Source: an uncultured delta proteobacterium (GTDB lineage: Bacteria; Desulfobacterota; Binatia; JACPRU01). From it: a stretch of DNA of 64,000 nucleotides. Position numbers and translations under genes: made by a program. The stretch lies in contig CAVUWD010000013.1 in the NCBI GenBank assembly GCA_963745025.1, forward strand, positions 128,001 through 192,000. Reading direction: 5' to 3'. How positions within the stretch are numbered: the first letter of the stretch is position 1; each line of letters begins with the position of its first letter. Below the pieces are notes generated by a model. That model did not search any database. It had not been told where the DNA came from and saw only the letters and a program-made list of their open reading frames with translations. Below are positions 1 through 9,220 of the stretch, in pieces.

Positions 1-1811
1 GCGTCGCTCAACATGTTTTCCGAGGCGCGAGTGATCCCATCGCCTCCACTCAGGGTCCCGATGCCCTCGAGCATCGGAGTGTTGAACATCAGTGCTTGCC
101 ACGCCTCTTCGAAAAGGCTGCGCGCCGAGTCGCTCCTCCAGCCCAGCCGCGAAAGATTTACGAGGCCCCGGACGGGCTTTGGCTCCTGGCCGGGAAAGGC
201 GGCGGAGTCGGTCTGGTAGTGAAAAAGTCGCAGGCGGTCCCGGCGAAGCGCCGTGAGATCGACGAACACCGGCCGATCTTTCAATCTGGCCCAAGGGAGC
301 GCGAGATTGAGGTCGTAGTGGGCCGTGGCAAGGTCGGTGGCTACCAGGCCGGCCAGCAAGACGGAGATAGTCGACCGTGAGAGGAATCCCCGGCGCCGGA
401 AGAGTAGTAGAGCCGCGAAGGCCCCGAGGATGAGAAGCGCCCGCCACGCGCGGAAAGCGACGCTCTCCCCGAGCGATGCCAGCGCGTCGGCCCCGCGAAA
501 ACCGCCGCTCAGGAAAACGATCCCTTGCAGGTAGGCGGCCGGAAAAGCCTGCCGCGCTAACACGAAGACGGTGCTGATGGCCGCCAGCGTCGCCGCTGTG
601 ATCCACGCCAACCTCTCCGCGCGCGGCCGCTCTGCCAGCACCTCGTCTACGCCGAACGCGGCGAGCATGGCGACGCCGATGTGGGTGACGAAGAAGAACT
701 TCTCGGGGAACCGAAACCGACCGACGATCTGTGGCGCGATTTGAAGAAGGAACGGAAGCACCGGTAGATGCCTCCCTAGAGCGAGAAAGATCGCCGCACC
801 GGCAGCGGGTGTCCATAGCCAGCGCTCGCGAGCGAAGGCGGCCCCGACCACGGCCAGGCACAGCGGTACCAGGCCGAAATAGAGGCTCACGATCCACGGC
901 TGCGTACTTTCGAACATGGGGCAGAGATCTCCGGGACGGTCACCCGGCCCGAGCGCGCTGCCATGGGGGAACAGGAGCTGGAGGAGTGATACGGGCTCCA
1001 TGGACCAGCTCATCACCTCGACGTAGGGAAGTGCCTGGTTTCGCGCCGATTCGCGAATGTACTCAGCCGTGGGAAGGATCTGAACCGCGGTCAGGCACGC
1101 CGCGGTGAGCAGCGCAACGGCTAGAGAAAGAGTGGCGATGGGTAGCTCGCGCCATTTTCCGATGGATCTGTAGCCGGTCTCGGCTGCGGCCAAGCAGAGC
1201 GTCATCAGTAGGCTCTCGGGTGCGCCGGCGAGAATCTGCATCGCAACCAGAGCGGTGAACGCTAGCCAGCGGCCCACGGACGCCTTCTCGAGATGACGTT
1301 TCCAGGTGAGGAGAACCCATGGTGCCCACACGCCTGCCTGAAGATGATTCGTGACGTTCATCATCGACAGGAGATAGCCCCCGAGAGTGAACGTCAGGGC
1401 TCCGACGGCGGCTGCCGCAACGGAGCATCGGCGCGAGCGAATCAGGAACCACGCGCCGAGCAGCGCAACGAAGTAGTGGAATACGATGAAGACATCGAAG
1501 CCGAGGGGAAGGTCCAGAAGCAGAAGAATGCTCGGCGGATAAAACACTCCGGTCTGCAGACCGGCGAGAAATGGCGTGCCTAGAACGATCCACGGATTCC
1601 ACAACGGGATCATCCCCTGGCGCAGGCGACTCGCCAGAAACTCCTTGAAAGGAACCGCGAATACCAGCAGGTCGCGGAAGACGGGAATTTTTTGCCCGAG
1701 GAGCAGATCGAAGAAGAAGAGGGCCGTCCCGAGCAGGAGCGCTAAAATCGCGATCAGCGAGGATAACGGAAGACGCGGACGACTTGATGCAGGGAAGGGC
1801 TGGATGGGCAC
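1..1811 (-). CDS. YfhO-like (GT-C fold) polytopic membrane glycosyltransferase; 3' end runs off the left edge of the window
   Basis: Missing from the ORF track, consistent with its stop lying outside the window. Manual translation from GTG 1811: ...QKIPVFRDLLVFAVPFKEFLASRLRQGMIPLWNPWIVLGTPFLAGLQTGVFYPPS..., a clear paralog of 24219-26672. Start could be TTG 1838. Confidence 0.75.
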   Translation of the reverse strand, partial: MPIQPFPASSRPRLPLSSLIAILALLLGTALFFFDLLLGQKIPVFRDLLVFAVPFKEFLASRLRQGMIPLWNPWIVLGTPFLAGLQTGVFYPPSILLLLDLPLGFDVFIVFHYFVALLGAWFLIRSRRCSVAAAAVGALTFTLGGYLLSMMNVTNHLQAGVWAPWVLLTWKRHLEKASVGRWLAFTALVAMQILAGAPESLLMTLCLAAAETGYRSIGKWRELPIATLSLAVALLTAACLTAVQILPTAEYIRESARNQALPYVEVMSWSMEPVSLLQLLFPHGSALGPGDRPGDLCPMFESTQPWIVSLYFGLVPLCLAVVGAAFARERWLWTPAAGAAIFLALGRHLPVLPFLLQIAPQIVGRFRFPEKFFFVTHIGVAMLAAFGVDEVLAERPRAERLAWITAATLAAISTVFVLARQAFPAAYLQGIVFLSGGFRGADALASLGESVAFRAWRALLILGAFAALLLFRRRGFLSRSTISVLLAGLVATDLATAHYDLNLALPWARLKDRPVFVDLTALRRDRLRLFHYQTDSAAFPGQEPKPVRGLVNLSRLGWRSDSARSLFEEAWQALMFNTPMLEGIGTLSGGDGITRASENMLSD

Positions 1812-1836
1812 GGCCTGCGTCGCATTTCGCTTATCC

Positions 1837-1875
1837 AAAAAAGACGAGGGGGGCAACCGAAAGGCCGCCCCCCTC
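1837..1875 (-). terminator. Intrinsic terminator downstream of pilA
   Basis: Minus strand GAGGGGGGCGGCC-TTTC-GGTTGCCCCCCTC hairpin followed by GTCTTTTTT, about 30 nt after the pilA stop. Confidence 0.85.
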
Positions 1876-1908
1876 ATGCTTTGTTATGCTAGGCGAGATC
1901 CGAGTCAG

Positions 1909-2277
1909 TTACTGGGTGATGATCTGGCCGGTCGTGGACTGGAAAATCCAAGAATCCGTGCCGCCGGTCGGGTCCGCGGAGAGCGTATACGACGTCGCAC
2001 TCGAGGCGGAGACCGAATCGTTGACCGCGGTGCTCTGACGGAAGCCGAAGGTCTTGAGAGTGGCAACCGTGGCACCGCCGTAGCTGTTGCCGTTCGACCC
2101 GTAGTACGCCTCCATGGCGGTCGCCATGTTGTGGAGGTCCGACTTTGCCTTGGAGTCGGCCGCCTGCTGCTTGTACGTGGCGTACTGCGGGATCGCGATC
2201 GCAGCGAGAATGCCGATGATCGCCACCACGACGAGCAGCTCGATCAATGTGAAGCCCTGTTCGTTCCTCTTGTTCAT
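1909..2277 (-). CDS. pilA: Type IVa major pilin
   Basis: Class III signal MNKRNEQG|[24 protein letters not shown]; 114-aa mature protein; purine-rich RBS; last gene of the pil cluster. Confidence 0.95.
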   Translation of the reverse strand: MNKRNEQGFTLIELLVVVAIIGILAAIAIPQYATYKQQAADSKAKSDLHNMATAMEAYYGSNGNSYGGATVATLKTFGFRQSTAVNDSVSASSATSYTLSADPTGGTDSWIFQSTTGQIITQ

Positions 2278-2350
2278 TTTTTCCTCTCTCCTTTGTTGTG
2301 GCAGACCGTTCTGGTCGCTTGCCTCTCGCGATTTTGGTAGTCCGTCACTC

Positions 2351-2366
2351 TGCAAACAGAGGACCA
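2351..2366 (-). promoter_or_regulatory. Sigma-54 (-24/-12) promoter of pilA
   Basis: Minus strand TGGTCCTCTGTTTGCA = GG-N10-GC with TTGC at -12, about 75 nt upstream of the pilA ATG; the neighbouring gene is a sigma-54 activator. Confidence 0.75.
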
Positions 2367-2417
2367 ACGCCAGGCCGCCTTAGCATGGCTCTCGAACATC
2401 TGATTATTACTCTGTGA

Positions 2418-2430
2418 TTTCAATTTGTTA
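2418..2430 (+). promoter_or_regulatory. Putative IHF site between the pilA promoter and activator sites
   Basis: TTTCAATTTGTTA, one mismatch to WATCAANNNNTTR, inside an AT-rich island in GC-rich DNA. Confidence 0.5.
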
Positions 2431-2531
2431 TAGTGCATTCGGATTGCCTTGCACGTGTCTTCACAGCTCAGTGAGGTAGAGAGCAGAAAACGTCACCCGA
2501 CCATTTTTTGACAAAAATCGACGAGGCCCCG

Positions 2532-4607
2532 TCAATCTCGCACCTCCCGCAGATCGATATCGCCAAATCCGTACTTACTGAGCCGATGCCGGAGTGACCG
2601 ATAGTTGATGCCGAGGATCTCGGCAGCCCGCTTTCGGACGCCGCCAGCCCGTCGTAAAGCCTCTTCAAGAAGGCGTTTTTCGATGGCTTCGAGCTCCGCG
2701 TCGAGGTTCGATGATCCAGCCTCCATCCATTCGACTTCGGCCGTCGACGTCGCGCCCTCGCTGCCTGCCCCCGTCGCATTGTTGACAGTGGCCGGAGCCG
2801 CGCCGTTTTTTCGTAGGTCGGCCGGCAGGTCTTCTTCCGTGATTATCTCGCTCTCTGCCAGGGCGACGGCGTGTTCGATGATGTTCTCGAGCTCACGGAT
2901 GTTCCCCGGATAGGAGTGACTCAGAAGACGTCGCATCGCCGGTGCAGAAAGCTTACAGACGGGGTGGTGGAGGGATTCGGCGAACTGAGCGAGGAAGTGC
3001 TCGATCAGCATGGGAAGATCGTCGGTTCGCTCGCGTAGCGGGGGCACCTGTATGCGGATCACGTTCAGCCGGTAGAAGAGGTCCTCGCGGAAGGTTCCCC
3101 GGCTGACCTCGCCCTCGAGGTCCCGGTTGGTGGCAGCGATGACGCGGACGTCTACCGCGATCTGGGTCTGTGCGCCGACGGGCGTAAATGACCGCTCCTG
3201 CAGCACCCTCAGCAGCTTCACCTGCAGCGCGAGCGGCAGGTCGCCGACCTCGTCGAGGAAGATCGTGCCGCCGTCGGCTGCGCGGAATAGCCCTCGACGG
3301 TCCGCGACCGCGCCTGTGAACGCTCCACGCACGTGTCCGAATAGCTCGCTCTCGATCAGGTTGGCGGGAATGGCCGCACAGTTCACGACTACCATCGGCT
3401 TTTCGCGGCGAGGGCCGAGCGCGTGGATCGCGCGGGCCACCAGCTCCTTTCCAGTACCGCTCTCCCCAGTGATCAACACCGTCGATTCCGTCGGGGCCAC
3501 CTTGTGAATGAGCTCGACGATCTGCAGCATTCGCTGGCTGCGTCCGAGGAATCCGACGATCTCCGGTACGTTCGGACGCGGCCGCTGATCGTCGAGCGCC
3601 GCCGGCTCCTCGAGCGACTCTGACGAGAGCTTCCTGAGCTGTGTGACGTCCTGCAGGATGAAGAGCGATCCGATCAGGTTGTCATACGTGTCCGTGAGCG
3701 GGGCCCGGGTGAAGCGCAGGATTTGCTCCTCCGCGTCGGGCTGCGCCCGATGCGAGAGCTCGATCGGGATCGGGTCGATCACTCTCTTGGCTCCGACCGG
3801 AGGTCGAAGCGCCGGAAAGACGTCGGAGATTCGCCGGCCGATGAGCTCCGCCCCCGGTCGTCCGATGATCGTCTCGATGGCTTGATTGGCGGACTTGACG
3901 AAGCCCTCGGGGTCGGTGGTGAGAACACCGCTCTCGAGGTTCTGAACCAATACCTTCTGCAGATTTTCGATTCGCTGGAAGTCCTCCTGCGACTCGCGCA
4001 GCTCTCGCTGCGTGCTGGCGGCACGCTCGACGAGGATCGACGACAGGAAGGCGATCGAGAAGAAGGAGGCGATGTTGGCGGCGATGTAAACCACACCGAG
4101 GCCCGTCGCCGGCGCCGGCGGCGCGAATCCCAAGACGCTCGGCAACGCGTGGTAGTAGACGAGGTTCATCAGCGTGCCGTAGGTGAGCGACGACAGTGCC
4201 GCGGCGGTGTAGGCGCCATGGCGGAGCAGCAGGAAGGCCGCGCCGATGATGGCCAGGTTGTACCAGACGCCCATCGGGCTCTCGAGCGCGCCGGTCAGCA
4301 GCACCGCGATCGAGTTCAAGAGGATGTCGAAGACGACCTGTGCGAGCGCGAACACGCGCAGGTTGTCGATGCGCGCCACGCCGTAGGCCGACGCGGCGGA
4401 GAACGCGTAGGCCAGGACGATCAACCCGGTGACCCCGCGCAGCGGAAAATTCGGGTCCGAATCCGGAGCGACGTGGGTGCCGGCGACGGCGCCGAGGAAA
4501 ACCGTGACGATCAGCACGCGCGCGAAGAGCCAGCCGCGGAGACGCGCGCGAAGAGCCTCCGGGGCGAGGTCGGTGCTGTTAAGAGCGTGCGTCACAGATC
4601 GCGCCAC
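2532..4607 (-). CDS. Membrane-anchored sigma-54 activator: PilS-like TM + PAS fused to PilR-like AAA+ and Fis-type HTH (no kinase or receiver domain)
   Basis: N-terminal multi-TM region, PAS-like segment ending LQDVT, Walker A GESGTGKE, GAFTGA loop, Walker B IFLDE, FREDLFYRLNV, YPGNIRELEN, C-terminal HTH (RAAEILGINYRSLRHRL). Confidence 0.9.
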   Translation of the reverse strand: MARSVTHALNSTDLAPEALRARLRGWLFARVLIVTVFLGAVAGTHVAPDSDPNFPLRGVTGLIVLAYAFSAASAYGVARIDNLRVFALAQVVFDILLNSIAVLLTGALESPMGVWYNLAIIGAAFLLLRHGAYTAAALSSLTYGTLMNLVYYHALPSVLGFAPPAPATGLGVVYIAANIASFFSIAFLSSILVERAASTQRELRESQEDFQRIENLQKVLVQNLESGVLTTDPEGFVKSANQAIETIIGRPGAELIGRRISDVFPALRPPVGAKRVIDPIPIELSHRAQPDAEEQILRFTRAPLTDTYDNLIGSLFILQDVTQLRKLSSESLEEPAALDDQRPRPNVPEIVGFLGRSQRMLQIVELIHKVAPTESTVLITGESGTGKELVARAIHALGPRREKPMVVVNCAAIPANLIESELFGHVRGAFTGAVADRRGLFRAADGGTIFLDEVGDLPLALQVKLLRVLQERSFTPVGAQTQIAVDVRVIAATNRDLEGEVSRGTFREDLFYRLNVIRIQVPPLRERTDDLPMLIEHFLAQFAESLHHPVCKLSAPAMRRLLSHSYPGNIRELENIIEHAVALAESEIITEEDLPADLRKNGAAPATVNNATGAGSEGATSTAEVEWMEAGSSNLDAELEAIEKRLLEEALRRAGGVRKRAAEILGINYRSLRHRLSKYGFGDIDLREVRD

Positions 4608-4676
4608 ATGTCGCTCCCGTTGGTCGCGAGAGCTCTGCCGTGAGCGTTACCTCGGTAGCTCCCGTTGGTCGCGATC
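4588..4676. repeat. Composite REP-like repeat (two copies of CGCTCCCGNTGGTCGCGA); near-identical to 11853-11941
   Basis: Visual alignment of about 90 bp with 11853-11941. Confidence 0.85.
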
Positions 4677-4703
4677 AGGCCCGTGTCGATGCGCTCTACC
4701 GAG

Positions 4704-4889
4704 CTAACCCGCATTTCTCGCCGGGCCTTCTGCTGCACGCGCCGATTGCGCGCCGTCTCGGCCCGTGCTCGCCCCGCCCTCCTCGACGTACGGAGAGAGT
4801 ACGCCTCCGTCGGTCGGTTCTGCGCTCAGGCCGAGACGGCGCACACTCGGTGCGTTCGCGACGAACGCCGACGAGAAAAGCGGGCTGAG
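4704..4889. repeat. Long palindromic MITE-like element between pilC and the regulator
   Basis: Terminal IRs CTAACCCGCATTTCTCG / CGAGAAAAGCGGGCTGAG and inner IR GCGCCGTCTCGGCC / GGCCGAGACGGCGC. Confidence 0.7.
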
Positions 4890-4900
4890 TTGCATCCTCT

Positions 4901-6124
4901 CTACTGACTGATCACGGCGCCCAACTGGAAGATCGGCAGGTACATCGAAATCACCAAGCCGCCGATGACCACGCCGAGGAACACGATCACGATCGGCTCC
5001 ATCAACGCCGTCAAGTTTGAGATCGCGTTGTCGACTTCTTCCTCGTAGAAATCGGCGATCTTGGCGAGCATGGAATCGAGCGCGCCGGTGGTCTCGCCGA
5101 CGGCGATCATCTGGCAGACCATCGGCGGGAAGACCTTGCTCTGGATGAGCGGCTCCGCGATTGTCTTGCCTTCGGAGATCGACACGCGCGTGGCGAGCAC
5201 CGCCTTCTCCACGACGCGGTTGCCCGCGGTTCGCGCGGTGATGGCGAGCGCATCCAGAATGGGAACACCCGAGGCGATCAGCGTACCCAAAGTCCGGGTG
5301 AAGCGAGCGACCGAAGACTTACGGAAGAGGTCACCGAAGATCGGCAGACGGAGGAGAATCCCGTCGATCGCCAGCTTCCCTTGATCCGTGCGGTAGAGCC
5401 ACACGGTGGCCACCCCGATCAACACGAACACAACCGCGATGTACGGAGCATATCTGACGGTGAAGTTGCTCAAGTTGATCACGAACTGCGTCGGCGCGGG
5501 CAGCGCCTGTCCGAAGCTCGAGAACAGCTCGGCGAACACTGGGATCACGTAGATCAGCAGGATCGCCGTGACGGCCATCGCCACCGTCACGATGGACGCT
5601 GGATAGATCATGGCGCCCTTGATCTTCGCCCTGAGCCTGGCGGCCTTCTCCATGTAGATGGCCAGCCGGTTCATGATGTTGTCGAGAATACCGCCGACTT
5701 CGCCGGCCGCCACCATGTTGATGTAGAGCTCGTCGAAGAGCTTCGGGTGCTTGCGAAGGGCCTCGTTGAACGAGGCTCCCGCCTCGACGTCGTCCTTGAT
5801 CTGCTGGATCGCGCGTCGCAGCGGCTTGACCGTGGCCTGCGCCTGCAGGATGTCTAAGCACTGGACGATCGGCAGGCCGGCGTCGATCATCGTCGCGAAC
5901 TGCCGCGTGAAGACGACGATGTCGCGTGTCTTCACGGTTTCGCCGAGACCCGGAATGCTGATCTGCCGATCGAGCCCCTTGCCCTTTTCCTTGATCTTGG
6001 CCGGAAGCGGCTGAATGCGCTGTGTGCGCAGGCGCACGATCACTGCGTCGCGGGTCGTAGCCTCCATCTCGCCCCGCATCACCTCGCCCCTGGGCGAGAT
6101 CCCTTCCCATCGGAATACTGCCAT
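4901..6124 (-). CDS. pilC: Type IV pilus inner-membrane platform protein (GspF/PilC family)
   Basis: FTRQFATMIDAGLP, AGEVGGILD, GETTGALD, MYLPIF motifs; synteny. Confidence 0.95.
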   Translation of the reverse strand: MAVFRWEGISPRGEVMRGEMEATTRDAVIVRLRTQRIQPLPAKIKEKGKGLDRQISIPGLGETVKTRDIVVFTRQFATMIDAGLPIVQCLDILQAQATVKPLRRAIQQIKDDVEAGASFNEALRKHPKLFDELYINMVAAGEVGGILDNIMNRLAIYMEKAARLRAKIKGAMIYPASIVTVAMAVTAILLIYVIPVFAELFSSFGQALPAPTQFVINLSNFTVRYAPYIAVVFVLIGVATVWLYRTDQGKLAIDGILLRLPIFGDLFRKSSVARFTRTLGTLIASGVPILDALAITARTAGNRVVEKAVLATRVSISEGKTIAEPLIQSKVFPPMVCQMIAVGETTGALDSMLAKIADFYEEEVDNAISNLTALMEPIVIVFLGVVIGGLVISMYLPIFQLGAVISQ

Positions 6125-6162
6125 GACGTTCTGCCTCGTTTTTCGAAATTAGTGAGCTGGAC

Positions 6163-7254
6163 TCAGCGTCGCATCACCTTCGCGGCCGTTGGGGTCCCGG
6201 TCAGCATGGTATGCAGCTCGTCCGGCTCGGTCGCGTGACCCAGCGCCTCTTCGAAGGAGATCAGCCGCCGGCTGTGGAGATCCAACAAGGACTGGCTCAT
6301 CGTTTGCATGCCGTGCTTGGCCTGTCCGACCTGCATCTGCGAGTAGATCTGATGGATCTTCTGCTCGCGGATCAGGTTGCGGATCGCCGGGTTCGGGATC
6401 ATCACCTCGGCGGCGAGCACGCGGCCCTTGCCGTCCTGGCGCGGCAGCAGCTGCTGCGAGATCACCCCCTCCAGCACAACCGAGAGCTGCGCGCGGACCT
6501 GCGGCTGTTGGTACGGCGGAAAGACGTCGATCACGCGGTTGATCGTCTGCACCGCGGAATTGGTGTGCAGGGTCGAGAAGACGAGGTGACCGGTCTCGGC
6601 GACGACCAGCGCCGCCTCGATCGTCTCGAGGTCGCGCATTTCACCGATCAGCACGATGTCGGGGTCTTGCCGCAGCACGTGGCGGAGCGCGTGGTTGAAG
6701 CCCTTGGTGTCCGCGAATACTTCGCGCTGATTGACCAGGCAGCGCTTGCTCTCGTGCACGAACTCGATTGGATCCTCGACCGTGATCACGTGTTCGCGCC
6801 GCTCCATGTTGACCTTGTCGACCATCGAAGCGAGGCTAGTCGACTTGCCGCAGCCGGTCGGTCCGGTGACGAGCACGAGCCCGCGGGGCTGCTTGCAGAG
6901 CTCGTTCACGATCATCGGTAGGCCCAGCTCCTGGAACGACTGGATCTTGTAGGGAACGGCGCGGAAGGCGCCTCCGGTGGAGCCCTTCTGCAGGAAGACA
7001 TTGCCGCGAAACCGTGCAACACCGCGAACCGCGAAGGAGAAATCGAGCTCGAGGTCCTCCTCGAAGCGGTGCTTTTGCGCCTCGGTGAGCAGGCTGTAGC
7101 AGAGGTTCTTGGTATCCGTCGGCGTCAGCGGCGGATAAGGCAACGCCGTCAGGTCGCCGTTGATGCGAACCAGAGGCGGGCTGTCGACCGCGATGTGCAG
7201 GTCCGAAGCCCCTTTCTCGTTCATGATCTTCAGAAATTCTTGGATGTCTGCCAT
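6163..7254 (-). CDS. pilT: Type IV pilus retraction ATPase
   Basis: Walker A GPTGCGKST, EDPIEF, LRQDPD, His box TLHTN, AIRNLIRE motif. Confidence 0.95.
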   Translation of the reverse strand: MADIQEFLKIMNEKGASDLHIAVDSPPLVRINGDLTALPYPPLTPTDTKNLCYSLLTEAQKHRFEEDLELDFSFAVRGVARFRGNVFLQKGSTGGAFRAVPYKIQSFQELGLPMIVNELCKQPRGLVLVTGPTGCGKSTSLASMVDKVNMERREHVITVEDPIEFVHESKRCLVNQREVFADTKGFNHALRHVLRQDPDIVLIGEMRDLETIEAALVVAETGHLVFSTLHTNSAVQTINRVIDVFPPYQQPQVRAQLSVVLEGVISQQLLPRQDGKGRVLAAEVMIPNPAIRNLIREQKIHQIYSQMQVGQAKHGMQTMSQSLLDLHSRRLISFEEALGHATEPDELHTMLTGTPTAAKVMRR

Positions 7255-7305
7255 GGCGCTGCTCCCTCGCTACGAGTTCGCCCGCTAGTGTACATGACGC
7301 GCCCT

Positions 7306-8997
7306 TCAGTCCGAAACGGTGACGCGGACTACCTCGTCGACCGTAGTAATCCCCTCTCGCACCTTGCGAAGGCCGGCGGCCCGCAGTGTCTGCATGCCGA
7401 GCGACACGGATTTGCGCTTGATCTCCACCGCGGAGGCTCCTACCAGCACCGCTTCGCAGATCTCCTCCCGCATCGGCAGCACCTCGTAGAGCGCGATCCG
7501 GCCTTTGAATCCGGTCGCGCTGCACTCGTCGCAGCCCGTCCCGTGATAGAATTTCACCCCGTCGAGATCCGCGAGGCGGAAGCCGACCTGAAGTAGCGCC
7601 TCGCGGGGATATTCGGTCTCTGTCTTGCAGCGCGGGCAAATGACCCGAGCCAGGCGCTGCGCGAGAATGAGGTTGAGCGACGAGGAGACGAGGAATGGCT
7701 CGACGCCCATGTTGAGCAAGCGATTGATCGTCGAGGGAGCATCGTTGGTGTGGAGTGTCGAGAGCACGAGGTGGCCAGTGAGCGCGGCCTTGACGGCGAT
7801 CTCGGCGGTCTCGAAATCGCGAATCTCGCCGACCATGATCACGTCGGGGTCCTGACGCAGAAAGGAGCGAAGCGCCGCAGCGAAGCTGAAGCCGATGTCG
7901 TCGTGGATCTGCACTTGATTGATGCCGACGAGGTTGTATTCGACCGGGTCCTCGACGGTGGAGATGTTGTCGGTGATGCGGTTGAGCTCCGAGAGCGCCG
8001 AATAGAGGGTCGTCGTCTTGCCGCTGCCCGTGGGGCCGGTGACGAGCACCATGCCGTGCGGCCGCGAGATCGCCTCCTTGAAATCGCGAAGCGCCGCGTC
8101 CTCGAATCCGAGCTTCGTCATGTCGAGCTGTAGGCTCGACTTGTCGAGCAGTCGGAGCACGATCTTCTCGCCGAAGATCGTCGGGATGACCGAGACGCGG
8201 AAATCCATCTCCTTGGAGCCGGGCAGCCGGAGCTTGATGCGTCCGTCCTGCGGCAACCGGCGCTCGGCGATGTCGAGCGACGCCATGATCTTCAGCCGCG
8301 AGATCAGGGGATTCTTAAACTTGAGCGGCGGCTTCATGATCTCGTAGAGCACGCCGTCGATGCGAAAACGCACGCGCAGCATCCTCTCGAAGGGCTCGAT
8401 GTGGATGTCGCTCGCGCGCTTGCGGATCGCGTCGGTCAGCAAGGCGTTCACGAGCTTGACGACCGGAGCCTCTTCGGTTGCGCGCTCGAGCTCCTTCAGG
8501 TCGATCTCTTGTTCGTCGCGGACGAGCTCGAGGTCCTCGCTCTCGATCTTCTCGAGCACTTCCTGGATGGCGCTTCCGCCCTCGTAGAAATGGTCGATCG
8601 CTTTGCGGACCGAGGACAGCTTGGCGAGGACGACGCGGACGTCGTAGCCGGTGAGGAACTTGACCTCGTTGATCGCGACCAAGTTCGAGGGATCGGCCAT
8701 GGCGAGCGTCAGCGTGGATCCGGCGAGATTGAAGGGCAGCAGGTGATGTTTCCACGCGAGCGAGACCGGGATCAGCTGAAGGACTTCGGAGGCGATCTCG
8801 AGGCTCATCGGATCGACGATCGGCAGCCGGTATTCCCTCTCGAGATGGGATACGAGCTGCTCCTCGTTGACGACGCCGAGGCGCACGAGATGCGCAGCGA
8901 GGATCCCCCCCTGCTGCTCCTGGTCCGTGGTCGCCGAGACCAGCTGATCTTGGGTGATCAGCGACCGCTTGAGGAGGAGTTCGCCGAGGCGCGACAT
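7306..8997 (-). CDS. pilB: Type IV pilus extension ATPase with N-terminal MshEN-like domain
   Basis: MSRLGELLL start, ASDIHIEP, GPTGSGKTT, tetracysteine CPRC...CDEC. Start moved from the ORF-track position to ATG 8997. Confidence 0.95.
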   Translation of the reverse strand: MSRLGELLLKRSLITQDQLVSATTDQEQQGGILAAHLVRLGVVNEEQLVSHLEREYRLPIVDPMSLEIASEVLQLIPVSLAWKHHLLPFNLAGSTLTLAMADPSNLVAINEVKFLTGYDVRVVLAKLSSVRKAIDHFYEGGSAIQEVLEKIESEDLELVRDEQEIDLKELERATEEAPVVKLVNALLTDAIRKRASDIHIEPFERMLRVRFRIDGVLYEIMKPPLKFKNPLISRLKIMASLDIAERRLPQDGRIKLRLPGSKEMDFRVSVIPTIFGEKIVLRLLDKSSLQLDMTKLGFEDAALRDFKEAISRPHGMVLVTGPTGSGKTTTLYSALSELNRITDNISTVEDPVEYNLVGINQVQIHDDIGFSFAAALRSFLRQDPDVIMVGEIRDFETAEIAVKAALTGHLVLSTLHTNDAPSTINRLLNMGVEPFLVSSSLNLILAQRLARVICPRCKTETEYPREALLQVGFRLADLDGVKFYHGTGCDECSATGFKGRIALYEVLPMREEICEAVLVGASAVEIKRKSVSLGMQTLRAAGLRKVREGITTVDEVVRVTVSD

Positions 8998-9220
8998 TGC
9001 TACCGGTTCGTGAGGCGATCGATCCGTCCGAGGCGGTTGCGCGGACGACGTCTTCGATCGACGTGATCCCATGTCGGAGCGGTGTGCCGTCCTCTCATGG
9101 CGACTTCTTTCTCAGCGGTCTTCATCCGACGGTCACCAAGAAAAGGCTAACGTAGCGCCGACGCGGGAGTCAAATCGGGCGCCGACGACTCGTTCCCGGG
9201 CAGGAGCGCCGGCGCGATCG

